A program made the translations under genes and the position numbers. From a virus (taxonomy: Duplodnaviria; Caudoviricetes), in the IMG/VR virus record IMGVR_UViG_3300021964_000060, positions 1 through 62,021 of that record: DNA of 62,021 nt; one strand, written 5' to 3'. The notes under the pieces were generated by a model that was not told the origin of the DNA, did no database searches, and saw nothing but the letters and a program-made list of their open reading frames with translations. The number at the start of each line of letters is the position of its first letter. The first letter of the stretch is position 1. Of the stretch, positions 44,908 through 53,833 are shown piece after piece.

Positions 44908-47900
44908 TATGTTAATGCAATAGCTCTATAATCATATACGTGGCAGAATAGATTCTTTCCTCTTGTAATATTAAACAAATCAAATTCATTTAATTCAAGA
45001 TCAGTTGCGTGTCTCATAACGATCTTCAATTGGAAAGAAGTATATTCATTAGGTATAGGATTACCTAAGTCATCTAAATCATCACCGAACTCATTTTCTA
45101 ATGTGTATGTAAACTCTCTATAGTCAGTAATATTAGATGTTGTTGAATATAAATCTGGACTTCCATTAGCAAGTTTTACCCAGTCAGAATATTCTTCAAC
45201 ATTTGTTGGGTAAACAAATCTAGAGTATACATCAATAATTGTACCAGCTGGACGATACGCCGCTAAGATAACTTTGAGTCCTTGAGCTTCCATTTCAGGT
45301 TGTAATACAACTTCTTTAGATACATATTTAGAAGAACTTAATTCCGATTGGCCAATATCATATTCGTAGCATTGAAGCAGCGATAAGTTATTGTCAATTG
45401 TTGGTGTAACTAATCTGAAGTTTTGGTTAGTTAAGTTTAATCTAAATCTAAATCTGTCAGGCGACCCACTGCCATCAATAGCAAAGATTTTTGATTGCTT
45501 TGAAGGAATGAATCTTTGCTCAGAAGTCATATAAGCATTGTCAAAGAATGGAATGCTCTGTCCTTGAGTATCAAACGCAGATTGATAATCACCCTCATCT
45601 TGATGCAATGTCATATCCGTTCTTGTACGAATAGTGTTGGTTTGCATTATAAATGGCTGGAAATAAGAAACGGGTGCGTCAAAAATACCATCCTGTGCAA
45701 TAGTAGCATATGCTCCAGAATCAGCACCCCTAATCACTTCGGTACCGTCTAATTCATATGCTAATAGAGGTATATTATTGTTCTCATCAAATCTAACTGA
45801 GCTTCCAGATAGATGTAATCTTCCATTGTTTCTAGGATCCCAGAAAGATACTTTACCACCAATACACAATGTTATTGTACACGCACCGACTTCCAATGGT
45901 GGCGGCTCATACAATCTAATCGTATACAGTCCATTATTTTCGTTAAGTTCAGCAACTCGACCTACAGAAAACTTACCCAAATTAGCCTGATTAACATGAA
46001 TGATATCACCTTCAACTATTGCAAAGGTTGAACCAGCTGCTACAGTTAGTAATCCGTCAGATTGTAACGTGGCTGAATATACATCGTCTTGGAATACATA
46101 AGCGTATTCATCTTTTAAGAAATTGCCTGTTGGGTTTTCAACAGTTAAGAATTCCATATCATTAGGTATTAAATCTACATAAGATGCATCTGTTGAAAAC
46201 GCTAACTTATAAAGTGTAAATTTCAAATCTTCGTTATCATATGGCTTCCAAGCGCTATTATTTGTTGATGAGAATAGCATTCCATCACCCCAATCCGAAG
46301 ATACATTAAAGTCTTCATTTTGCAATTCGGGCTCACCTACAACAGCAGTAAATGCTAAATAATCTGGGTCATTCGCATCAGGTATTAAAACGATACAATA
46401 TTCTGTACCTACTTTTAATTTAACCGGGTCATCAAATTGAATTGTGGTTGCGACAGAACTATCATCAGAAACATTAATATCCGCCCAATCAATATGCTTA
46501 CTTCCAAAAGGAACAACTTTAGGACTAGGGTAACCATTTGCAGTTTCTCTAATCTGTACAGTTAATCCATTTCTTGCAGAAGCTTTTGATTTACGCTTCA
46601 AGTAAATATCCAAGTCCCTAGAGAAAATATATGATGCTTCTTCATCTTGCCCAGGCCTAACAATAAATGTTTGTGCTAGCGGATCAGGTCTCGGAATACG
46701 GATACGTCTTTCTCTTGTATCTGTCCACACATTTTCATCAATGTAAAAATCCGCTGTTCTAACGTCCGATGATATTCCTTGTCTGTTGACAGCAAAAGAG
46801 TAGGCACGATAAATTTCTGTTCCTGTAGAAGTTGAGCCAGATTCTATAGAAGAGAATTGGTCAACGTCTGCAATTTGAATTTGTGCTTCACCAACAAAGA
46901 ACGTTTCTGGCGGTAATGCAAAAACAGCGTATAATTTACCAAAAGCATCTGTGCTTACAGCAGTACCCTTTTCACCTTTTCTAAATACATCGGAAGCTTT
47001 AACAGTTGTTAGATCTGCATTAACTGCTCCAGGATAAACATGTGAATTAATATCAACACCATCAAAATAAAAATAATGTCTTGTATTTGGTCTTAAACCC
47101 GATACAGCAATCTGTATATTTCTAGAATTCATGTATGGAGTAATTGAAAAATCAGTAACAAATGTTCCCAAATCTTGCTGAATGTTATAAACATCTGAAG
47201 TCAAGAAATCTGTTCTGAACGTATCGAGCATTGGCGTTACACGGAACCCGCCTTGATTCCTTGTCGGACCTACTGCTTGTGTATTTGTTCTAACTGTATT
47301 TGTTAGAGGAACATATCTTTGAATACCCTCAACTAAGTCAAGTAAAGGTGTTGCAAGATCAATATCTAGAGTGACACCGGGATCTGTTGTAACATCATAC
47401 TCTGCATCAAACTTAGGATTAATAAGAACATTACCCTTGTATTCATAATAATTAGAAACTAGGTTTCTAAAACTTGTCGCATATTCTTGTTCAATTAATG
47501 TTTCAACACCTTGAACGCCTATAGTCGTAATATTATCAAAGTTTGTAATGTTACCAGGTCCGATACATTCCGGATCAACTTTTAAGTCTACAGGAAACTG
47601 TGTGACAAGAGGTGTTAATACTGTTGCACCTCTTTCAATTGAGGCTCTGTATTCATCATCTAATAAATCTGCAATATATAAATCTTTAAATTGATCTACG
47701 ATAATTCCATTTTTAAATCTATTTAATCCATTAGCATCAGGTATAAACAAATCTTTTGTTTGTTGCTCTAATAAAGTTAAAGCTAATACATCAACAACAT
47801 TATCTACACGTCTTTCAATTCCACGAATTGCTTCCATTGTATAATTTTTGACTGTGTTTGTTGTTGCCTGAACACTATTGACTCCATTAACACTTAAATC

Positions 47901-50327
47901 GTCACCAGGAATATAGATATCAGCCAATCCAAATATAGAACTATTTGTAATTTTACTAGGATTATCAGAAGGCTGACCTTGCATAATCGTAAAGTCACCT
48001 TGGTCGTTGATAGCAACTTTATCAAATCTAGGTAAGTAATATTTTAAATTTGCCGTAATAGCCGAATTATTAGATAAAGGTATAGGCGGTTGTACGGATG
48101 CTGCAGACAAGTCAGTATCAACCGTCACAGGATTTGAGGCCGATGTTGTATACGTGACTGCAGGTCTTTGATAAGGTCTAAAGTCATAGCAATTTGTAAT
48201 TGCGTATGTTGTGCCATTTTTAGCTGTAAATGGTTTGACTAGTGTTAAATCAACTTGTGCGTAACTATCTGCTGTAAGAACTCCGGACAATCCAGTAAAT
48301 GATCTTTTCAATGCAATCATATTAACTTTAAGACTGACTGAGTTTCCTCCGCCCGTTGCAACCGTTTCACCAGATTTCAACGTTAGATAAGATAAAGCAT
48401 AATAACCATCTTTCTGATTGTTAACTAATCTAAATTTAGATGTAACATCTTCGTTAGTGTCAGTATCAACAATACTATTAATTTTAATAACGTTAGGTAT
48501 ACCTAAGTTAGCTCTATTTTTGTCAACTGCATATGTTGTATTAACCCAAACACTAACTTGTTGTAGAATATCTGGAGTTATTCCGTTTGTTGTTGCATCA
48601 TAATAAATCTCAGAAATGTCTTGTGCATTTGCAGAATCAAATGTAACAACTATTTGTGCTAATCCAGAATTAATATCAGCACCTTGATTATATTGTGGAG
48701 AAATATCTACTGCACGAACCACTTGGTTTACGCTATCAACACCATATATGCCTGAACCTAATGGCGTAGTTGTAATATTACCTGAAGTGGTGGATGGAAT
48801 AGTAACCTGGTTGTTTGCATTTACTGTTAATCCGCCAACACCAATTCTTTGATTGAACTTTCTTGTTAGGGTAATATTTTCAGTAGAAATCATACCCGTT
48901 CTTCCAGTATCAAATAATGCAGCTCCTAAATTAACTTGCTTTATTTGTCCATCTAATACAGGGGTTTCACCAATATGTGAGATTCTAGCTTGTTTGTAAT
49001 CAGCGTCTTTTTCAACAGCGTAAATATAAATTTTACCTCGACCATTTTCTGGACCAGGTTCAATATTTCTAATCGAACATGCACCTATTCGTGTCTTTGC
49101 ATCCGTTGGTCCCAATGTTGCATATAAAATATATCTGTCAACAAAATTGTGATTTTCTAGTATTGCAGGATTGCCGCCTTCTCTATTAGACATATCAAAT
49201 TCTAAATAGGCACCGTATATAGCACCAATTGTTTGATTTTGTCTTGACCCCTCTAAAGTACTGGGGGTTAATTCCAATCTTCTATTATTTAAATTATTTA
49301 CTTCATATCCAAATGCATATGCTTTACCTGGCCCAATAACTGCGTTTACAGTGCCATTTGTATCTTGTTCAACAGAAACTTTTAATCCGTTAACAACATA
49401 AGAACCTGATTCATCGAATGTTCTTTTTGCCAATTCCCTACCAACAGAGTTAAAAGCAGTCTCAGATCTAATGTAAATAGGTTTGCCACGTTCTAACCTA
49501 ATTAAAGTAAAGAAGTTAATAGGTCTTGTATCAGTAGGATATGCAATAAGCACAGGTCTTAATTTTAATCTATCTGCGCCAGGAGCATTTAAATTATTAA
49601 AACCTTGTGCATTATCTAATAATGTAATATCAATAGCAGTGTCAACAATAGATTCTTCAATATCGAATCCTATTGATAAATTATCTGGAACATTATTATA
49701 TTTTGAAACAATAATTAATTGTGGCTCTACATAATTGAAATGTCCACGCTGATAGATAATACCATCTGTTACTTGTACAGCGTATGAGAATCCTGCATAA
49801 TTATTTGTTGAAGAAGCAGTAATTGTTTCAACAGTAGTCCCATCACTATCTTCAATTGAAAGCAACTCCCCTTGAATAAATTGCTTTACTTCTGGGTTAT
49901 TAATATTAGGTTGTGCCGAAACTAAGTATCTAATAAAGAATGTTTTTAAATCAGGCTCTCTAGTTTGGAATCCATTTGCCGAGGCGACAATTTCAGCATA
50001 CAACCCAGAAGATCTTCCTCTTAAATAAAACTTTGTATCTTCGTCAACAGGATTATAGATTGTCAAATCATCAAAATCAACCTGGTCATTAACCTTGATG
50101 TAGTTTAAATCGGAACGTACAGAAGGGTTTACGCCTTCAATAATAGTTCCTTCTTGATAAATGTTACTCCCAAATCTCTCAACTTGTGTCTGTAACATTG
50201 TCTGCAATTGTGTAAGCTCTCGAGCTTGAACCGCCCTTGCAGGCTTAAAAAGAACCCTTACATACTGCTTATCCGGATCGTAATCGTCAAAGTAAGGTGA
50301 TATATTTAAATTAGTATTGATTCCCAT
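44907..50327 (-). CDS. vrlC: VrlC-like / DUF4815 large baseplate-associated structural protein (1806 aa)
   Basis: NLNISPYFDDYD...RVLFKPARAVQARELTQLQ, APGADRLK, LAKRTFDESGSY, RFKNGIIVDQF, DPLAQTF, EDLKFTLY and DYRAIAL motifs; follows gp8. Confidence 0.9.
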   Translation of the reverse strand: MGINTNLNISPYFDDYDPDKQYVRVLFKPARAVQARELTQLQTMLQTQVERFGSNIYQEGTIIEGVNPSVRSDLNYIKVNDQVDFDDLTIYNPVDEDTKFYLRGRSSGLYAEIVASANGFQTREPDLKTFFIRYLVSAQPNINNPEVKQFIQGELLSIEDSDGTTVETITASSTNNYAGFSYAVQVTDGIIYQRGHFNYVEPQLIIVSKYNNVPDNLSIGFDIEESIVDTAIDITLLDNAQGFNNLNAPGADRLKLRPVLIAYPTDTRPINFFTLIRLERGKPIYIRSETAFNSVGRELAKRTFDESGSYVVNGLKVSVEQDTNGTVNAVIGPGKAYAFGYEVNNLNNRRLELTPSTLEGSRQNQTIGAIYGAYLEFDMSNREGGNPAILENHNFVDRYILYATLGPTDAKTRIGACSIRNIEPGPENGRGKIYIYAVEKDADYKQARISHIGETPVLDGQIKQVNLGAALFDTGRTGMISTENITLTRKFNQRIGVGGLTVNANNQVTIPSTTSGNITTTPLGSGIYGVDSVNQVVRAVDISPQYNQGADINSGLAQIVVTFDSANAQDISEIYYDATTNGITPDILQQVSVWVNTTYAVDKNRANLGIPNVIKINSIVDTDTNEDVTSKFRLVNNQKDGYYALSYLTLKSGETVATGGGNSVSLKVNMIALKRSFTGLSGVLTADSYAQVDLTLVKPFTAKNGTTYAITNCYDFRPYQRPAVTYTTSASNPVTVDTDLSAASVQPPIPLSNNSAITANLKYYLPRFDKVAINDQGDFTIMQGQPSDNPSKITNSSIFGLADIYIPGDDLSVNGVNSVQATTNTVKNYTMEAIRGIERRVDNVVDVLALTLLEQQTKDLFIPDANGLNRFKNGIIVDQFKDLYIADLLDDEYRASIERGATVLTPLVTQFPVDLKVDPECIGPGNITNFDNITTIGVQGVETLIEQEYATSFRNLVSNYYEYKGNVLINPKFDAEYDVTTDPGVTLDIDLATPLLDLVEGIQRYVPLTNTVRTNTQAVGPTRNQGGFRVTPMLDTFRTDFLTSDVYNIQQDLGTFVTDFSITPYMNSRNIQIAVSGLRPNTRHYFYFDGVDINSHVYPGAVNADLTTVKASDVFRKGEKGTAVSTDAFGKLYAVFALPPETFFVGEAQIQIADVDQFSSIESGSTSTGTEIYRAYSFAVNRQGISSDVRTADFYIDENVWTDTRERRIRIPRPDPLAQTFIVRPGQDEEASYIFSRDLDIYLKRKSKASARNGLTVQIRETANGYPSPKVVPFGSKHIDWADINVSDDSSVATTIQFDDPVKLKVGTEYCIVLIPDANDPDYLAFTAVVGEPELQNEDFNVSSDWGDGMLFSSTNNSAWKPYDNEDLKFTLYKLAFSTDASYVDLIPNDMEFLTVENPTGNFLKDEYAYVFQDDVYSATLQSDGLLTVAAGSTFAIVEGDIIHVNQANLGKFSVGRVAELNENNGLYTIRLYEPPPLEVGACTITLCIGGKVSFWDPRNNGRLHLSGSSVRFDENNNIPLLAYELDGTEVIRGADSGAYATIAQDGIFDAPVSYFQPFIMQTNTIRTRTDMTLHQDEGDYQSAFDTQGQSIPFFDNAYMTSEQRFIPSKQSKIFAIDGSGSPDRFRFRLNLTNQNFRLVTPTIDNNLSLLQCYEYDIGQSELSSSKYVSKEVVLQPEMEAQGLKVILAAYRPAGTIIDVYSRFVYPTNVEEYSDWVKLANGSPDLYSTTSNITDYREFTYTLENEFGDDLDDLGNPIPNEYTSFQLKIVMRHATDLELNEFDLFNITRGKNLFCHVYDYRAIALT

Positions 50328-50341
50328 TTAGCATTCTTTCC

Positions 50342-52207
50342 TTAAAAGTCAAAGACTAATTTTACTTTTTCTCTACGATCTTCTGTTCTCTCAATCGGAT
50401 CGAAATTCACAAAATGTAAAACTTTACCTGAGTATGGTTTAAATTTTTCCGTCTCAACATTATTTATAATGAATGTTTCAACGTCCTGTGAGTCTGCATT
50501 TGCTTTAACAGAAATTTGTCCAGAAAATGCTTGAACAGGAGGCGTCTGTGTTAAATCTTCTACAATTTGAGCTGTAAAAGATTCACTATACGGACCCACT
50601 GTATCATATAACCAAACATAAGTTTTACCCTCTTGTGCATCATACATAACTTCATGTACATTTGCAGTAATTTCTTGTCCGTTTTTAATTTGTGACACAA
50701 AATAGTTTTGTACAAAATTAGCTTCTACATCTGCATTAAATGTTAACTTAACTCTATTATCAAATGTTTGAGGAGTTAATCCAGAATAAAACTCAGGATT
50801 TTTCACAAGAGCAACTTTAGTATACGTATTTGTCACCGGAGTATTTCTTAAAGCATCTCTAAAGAAGTTAGTACTTACTGCTATTTCAGACATAAACAAT
50901 TCTGTAATCGGATTAGACCCATGACCCCCAATTGGTGACATAATACATCTAAACGAATTGTTCTCTGCTCTATCTTCGATTGCTGCAGGTAAAGCTAAAG
51001 TAGCTAAAGCAGTTTTATAACCCGAGCCTTTTTCTCTAAATTGAACTTTTCTAATAGTACCTGTATAATCCAGAATACCATATGCAATTGCTCTTGTTCC
51101 TTGCAGATCTGCATCTGGAACAGATATTTCAATCTTAGGAACTATTTCTATTTCTAGACCTACACGACCTAATATATTAGTTTCAGTTTTTACAAATAAA
51201 ATTAAAACTTTATTTAATGATGGGTCTTCAACCCCATTAGGTATTTCAGAATTTAAAATATCAAAAATTTCCCCTGTGCTTGTAATTCTTGCATATAGGT
51301 TTCTATATGCACCTGCTGTATTACGAACAATATTTTCGGAAGTAAAAGTAATCCTATATGTGTTATCAGGCACCGAATCTATTTCAACAGAATCAATAAC
51401 AGCAGAAGTTGGATTAAGAGAGTTTTCTTCTCTACTGCCAATAAGGTAATCACTGAAAATACCAAAATCAGTATTGTTAATAACTATGTCAGATATTCTT
51501 TCTCTTGCATTTGTTGAAACACCTGTTTCAGCAATATAAGGTAATGTAGATGATGTTGCAAATATTAAATACTCGGAGGCAGGTACCTCAAACATATATT
51601 TCCATACATATCCATCTTCGAGTGTTGTTTCAAAATAGATATCAAGATTAGAAGTAGATGGCCTAACAACGGAAGGTGCTCTATTATTATTTCTTATGCA
51701 TTTAAATACTTTAAAACTTGCTTCACCTACATCTCCATCAAGCACTGTAACATAGAAGTTTGTAGTTTGCATATCAATGGTATCATCAAAAGAGTCATAA
51801 ACAGTTCCAGATATCCATTGATTATTTCTAAACATATAACGAACATTAGTTTCGTCTAGTTTATTTCCAAATAAAACTCTTCTAGAAAATTCACGCTGCT
51901 TAAATTGTGAATTATTAACATCACCATCATCAGTTACGCTAGAAGCCATAACGTAATATGTATTCTGCGGAAGAATAGTATTAATATTTTGTCTTGCAAT
52001 AGCAGTAATAGATTCAACTTGTGCATCAGTTAATCTTTCACCGTCTTCCTCATCTTCCTCTGGAATAAAATCTAAAGGTAAATCACTATTGTAGCTTTCT
52101 AAGCCTGCTTGGAAAGACCTGACAACTGCTTCATTATTTGTTCTATATGATTTAACAAACTCATTTGCAGTTTCCACTCTAAAATTTTCTGTAATTATTT
52201 TTGCCAT
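50342..52207 (-). CDS. gp8: Baseplate wedge subunit gp8
   Basis: IITENFRV..A..F, WISGTVYDSFDD, FYV...VFKCIRNN..PS..P, DGYVWKYMF, SPIGGHG and C-terminal SGKVL...PI.R.....EKVKLVFDF. Confidence 0.9.
   Translation of the reverse strand: MAKIITENFRVETANEFVKSYRTNNEAVVRSFQAGLESYNSDLPLDFIPEEDEEDGERLTDAQVESITAIARQNINTILPQNTYYVMASSVTDDGDVNNSQFKQREFSRRVLFGNKLDETNVRYMFRNNQWISGTVYDSFDDTIDMQTTNFYVTVLDGDVGEASFKVFKCIRNNNRAPSVVRPSTSNLDIYFETTLEDGYVWKYMFEVPASEYLIFATSSTLPYIAETGVSTNARERISDIVINNTDFGIFSDYLIGSREENSLNPTSAVIDSVEIDSVPDNTYRITFTSENIVRNTAGAYRNLYARITSTGEIFDILNSEIPNGVEDPSLNKVLILFVKTETNILGRVGLEIEIVPKIEISVPDADLQGTRAIAYGILDYTGTIRKVQFREKGSGYKTALATLALPAAIEDRAENNSFRCIMSPIGGHGSNPITELFMSEIAVSTNFFRDALRNTPVTNTYTKVALVKNPEFYSGLTPQTFDNRVKLTFNADVEANFVQNYFVSQIKNGQEITANVHEVMYDAQEGKTYVWLYDTVGPYSESFTAQIVEDLTQTPPVQAFSGQISVKANADSQDVETFIINNVETEKFKPYSGKVLHFVNFDPIERTEDRREKVKLVFDF
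50461..50468 (-). promoter_or_regulatory. Candidate late promoter TATAAATA inside the gp8 3' end, upstream of vrlC
   Basis: tatttata at 50461-50468, 133 nt before ATG 50327. Intragenic, so it may be a chance match. Confidence 0.45.
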
Positions 52208-52219
52208 TTCGTTTTCCGC

Positions 52220-53824
52220 TTAACCTGTGTTTGTTATTGTTAAATTGTTTACCGTAGTAGGATTTACTTTTTGATACTTACTGGGAAAATATGCAATTCT
52301 GTTATTGCCGCCTTGAATACTATCTTGGTCGTCCCAGTCATCAATAGCACCTTCGTATAAAAGATTTTTAGTACTGTTATTAGCTAGCCATTTTTTCATC
52401 TCTGCGGGAGTCATTCCCGGATTCATTTCCAGTACACATGCAATTAGTCCAGCCACATGAGGGGAGGCCATTGATGTGCCGCTTATCTTCATCAGATAAC
52501 TACTACCATCTAATGGGTGTTGCACTCTTGTATATCCACTTTGTTGTATGTTGTTCGTGCCGGAACCATTGTCCGTACTACTCACGCTAATAATCTCTGT
52601 CCCGGGAGCATATATATCAACACCTGGACCACATTCACTTGATTCTGATTTGTGCTCAAATCCACCTTGATATGTTATATCTATATTTCCTACAATAATT
52701 GCTTTATCAGAATAGGGTGAGGATCCTCTATGATAATAAATTGTTCCTGCATCCGTACTCATACTATTATCATAATCAGGCCCACCTTCTACATCTATTT
52801 TATGATACCCGTTGCCGGCAGATATACAAACGTGTACACCAGCATCAATCAATTCTTCTAAATCTATATCAATTGACGAAATCCTGAGCTTACTTCGGTA
52901 GCTAAACTCATCCGAACCAATGAGTGGGACTATACCGTAGTTTTGCCATCTGTATGTTGCATTTGTAGTAGTGCTAGAATCTGTGAACGTATTGCCTCTA
53001 AATGTAACTGATGAAACAGAAGTAGCAGTATACTCAGAGTAATAACCCCAACTCATATTTACAACTGTGGGACGTTTGTATCCAGTTTGTGGGTCTATAG
53101 GTTTATTATTATGAAACGCTTTTATAAGGTCAAATGCAAAAGTGGGAGATATTCCTCCGCCTTCACCTCCATCTAAACCCGCAATCTTTTGCGAATAAAT
53201 TCTTGCACCACGAGCCATACCCATTGTGCGTCCTGCTGCAGTTCCTGCGACATGCGAACCGTGTCCATCATAATCAAGGTTATGGTTTGCGGGTAAAGGA
53301 TCTGCGAACCCGCCTTCATCATACCAATTTATTGATTGAAATCTTGAAACGCCATTTTCATCTGTGAATTCTATATTGTCTGCATCTATCCCACTATCTT
53401 GAATAACGATATCAACACCCTCACCTGTTGCGGTGTAATTGTAAACACTATTAAGAGAAATAAGTGCATCGAATGGATCTGCTTGGCTTATACATCTAGT
53501 TATTGTCCAAGGATATTCATTCGATTCTATAGCATTTGTTTTTCTGTATGTTCCGGGTTGTGATGCATCTGTACCAATAATAGCGGTTGGATCATTCTCT
53601 GGCGGTATGTGAATGTCATACACTCTTTCGTCATTTTTTAATTCTTCTACTTCTTCATCTGTTAAAGAATAATGTGTCATTCTACGACTATGTGGTCTAG
53701 GATTAGCTACCTCAACAGAACGACAGGGAATATTTCCCGCACCTGTTTCTTCAATCATTTCTTGATTGAATGCTTCGTAATCTACATCTTTTTTTAATAT
53801 AACAATATATTCTTTTTCAGACAT
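52220..53824 (-). CDS. Subtilisin-like serine protease (peptidase S8) with N-terminal prodomain
   Basis: Complete catalytic triad: VDIVIQDSG (Asp), DGHGSHVAGTAAG (His), SGTSMASPHVAG (Ser); oxyanion Asn in SAGN; VVNMSWG and VDIYAPG motifs. Confidence 0.93.
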   Translation of the reverse strand: MSEKEYIVILKKDVDYEAFNQEMIEETGAGNIPCRSVEVANPRPHSRRMTHYSLTDEEVEELKNDERVYDIHIPPENDPTAIIGTDASQPGTYRKTNAIESNEYPWTITRCISQADPFDALISLNSVYNYTATGEGVDIVIQDSGIDADNIEFTDENGVSRFQSINWYDEGGFADPLPANHNLDYDGHGSHVAGTAAGRTMGMARGARIYSQKIAGLDGGEGGGISPTFAFDLIKAFHNNKPIDPQTGYKRPTVVNMSWGYYSEYTATSVSSVTFRGNTFTDSSTTTNATYRWQNYGIVPLIGSDEFSYRSKLRISSIDIDLEELIDAGVHVCISAGNGYHKIDVEGGPDYDNSMSTDAGTIYYHRGSSPYSDKAIIVGNIDITYQGGFEHKSESSECGPGVDIYAPGTEIISVSSTDNGSGTNNIQQSGYTRVQHPLDGSSYLMKISGTSMASPHVAGLIACVLEMNPGMTPAEMKKWLANNSTKNLLYEGAIDDWDDQDSIQGGNNRIAYFPSKYQKVNPTTVNNLTITNTG

Positions 53825-53833
53825 TTATTATAC

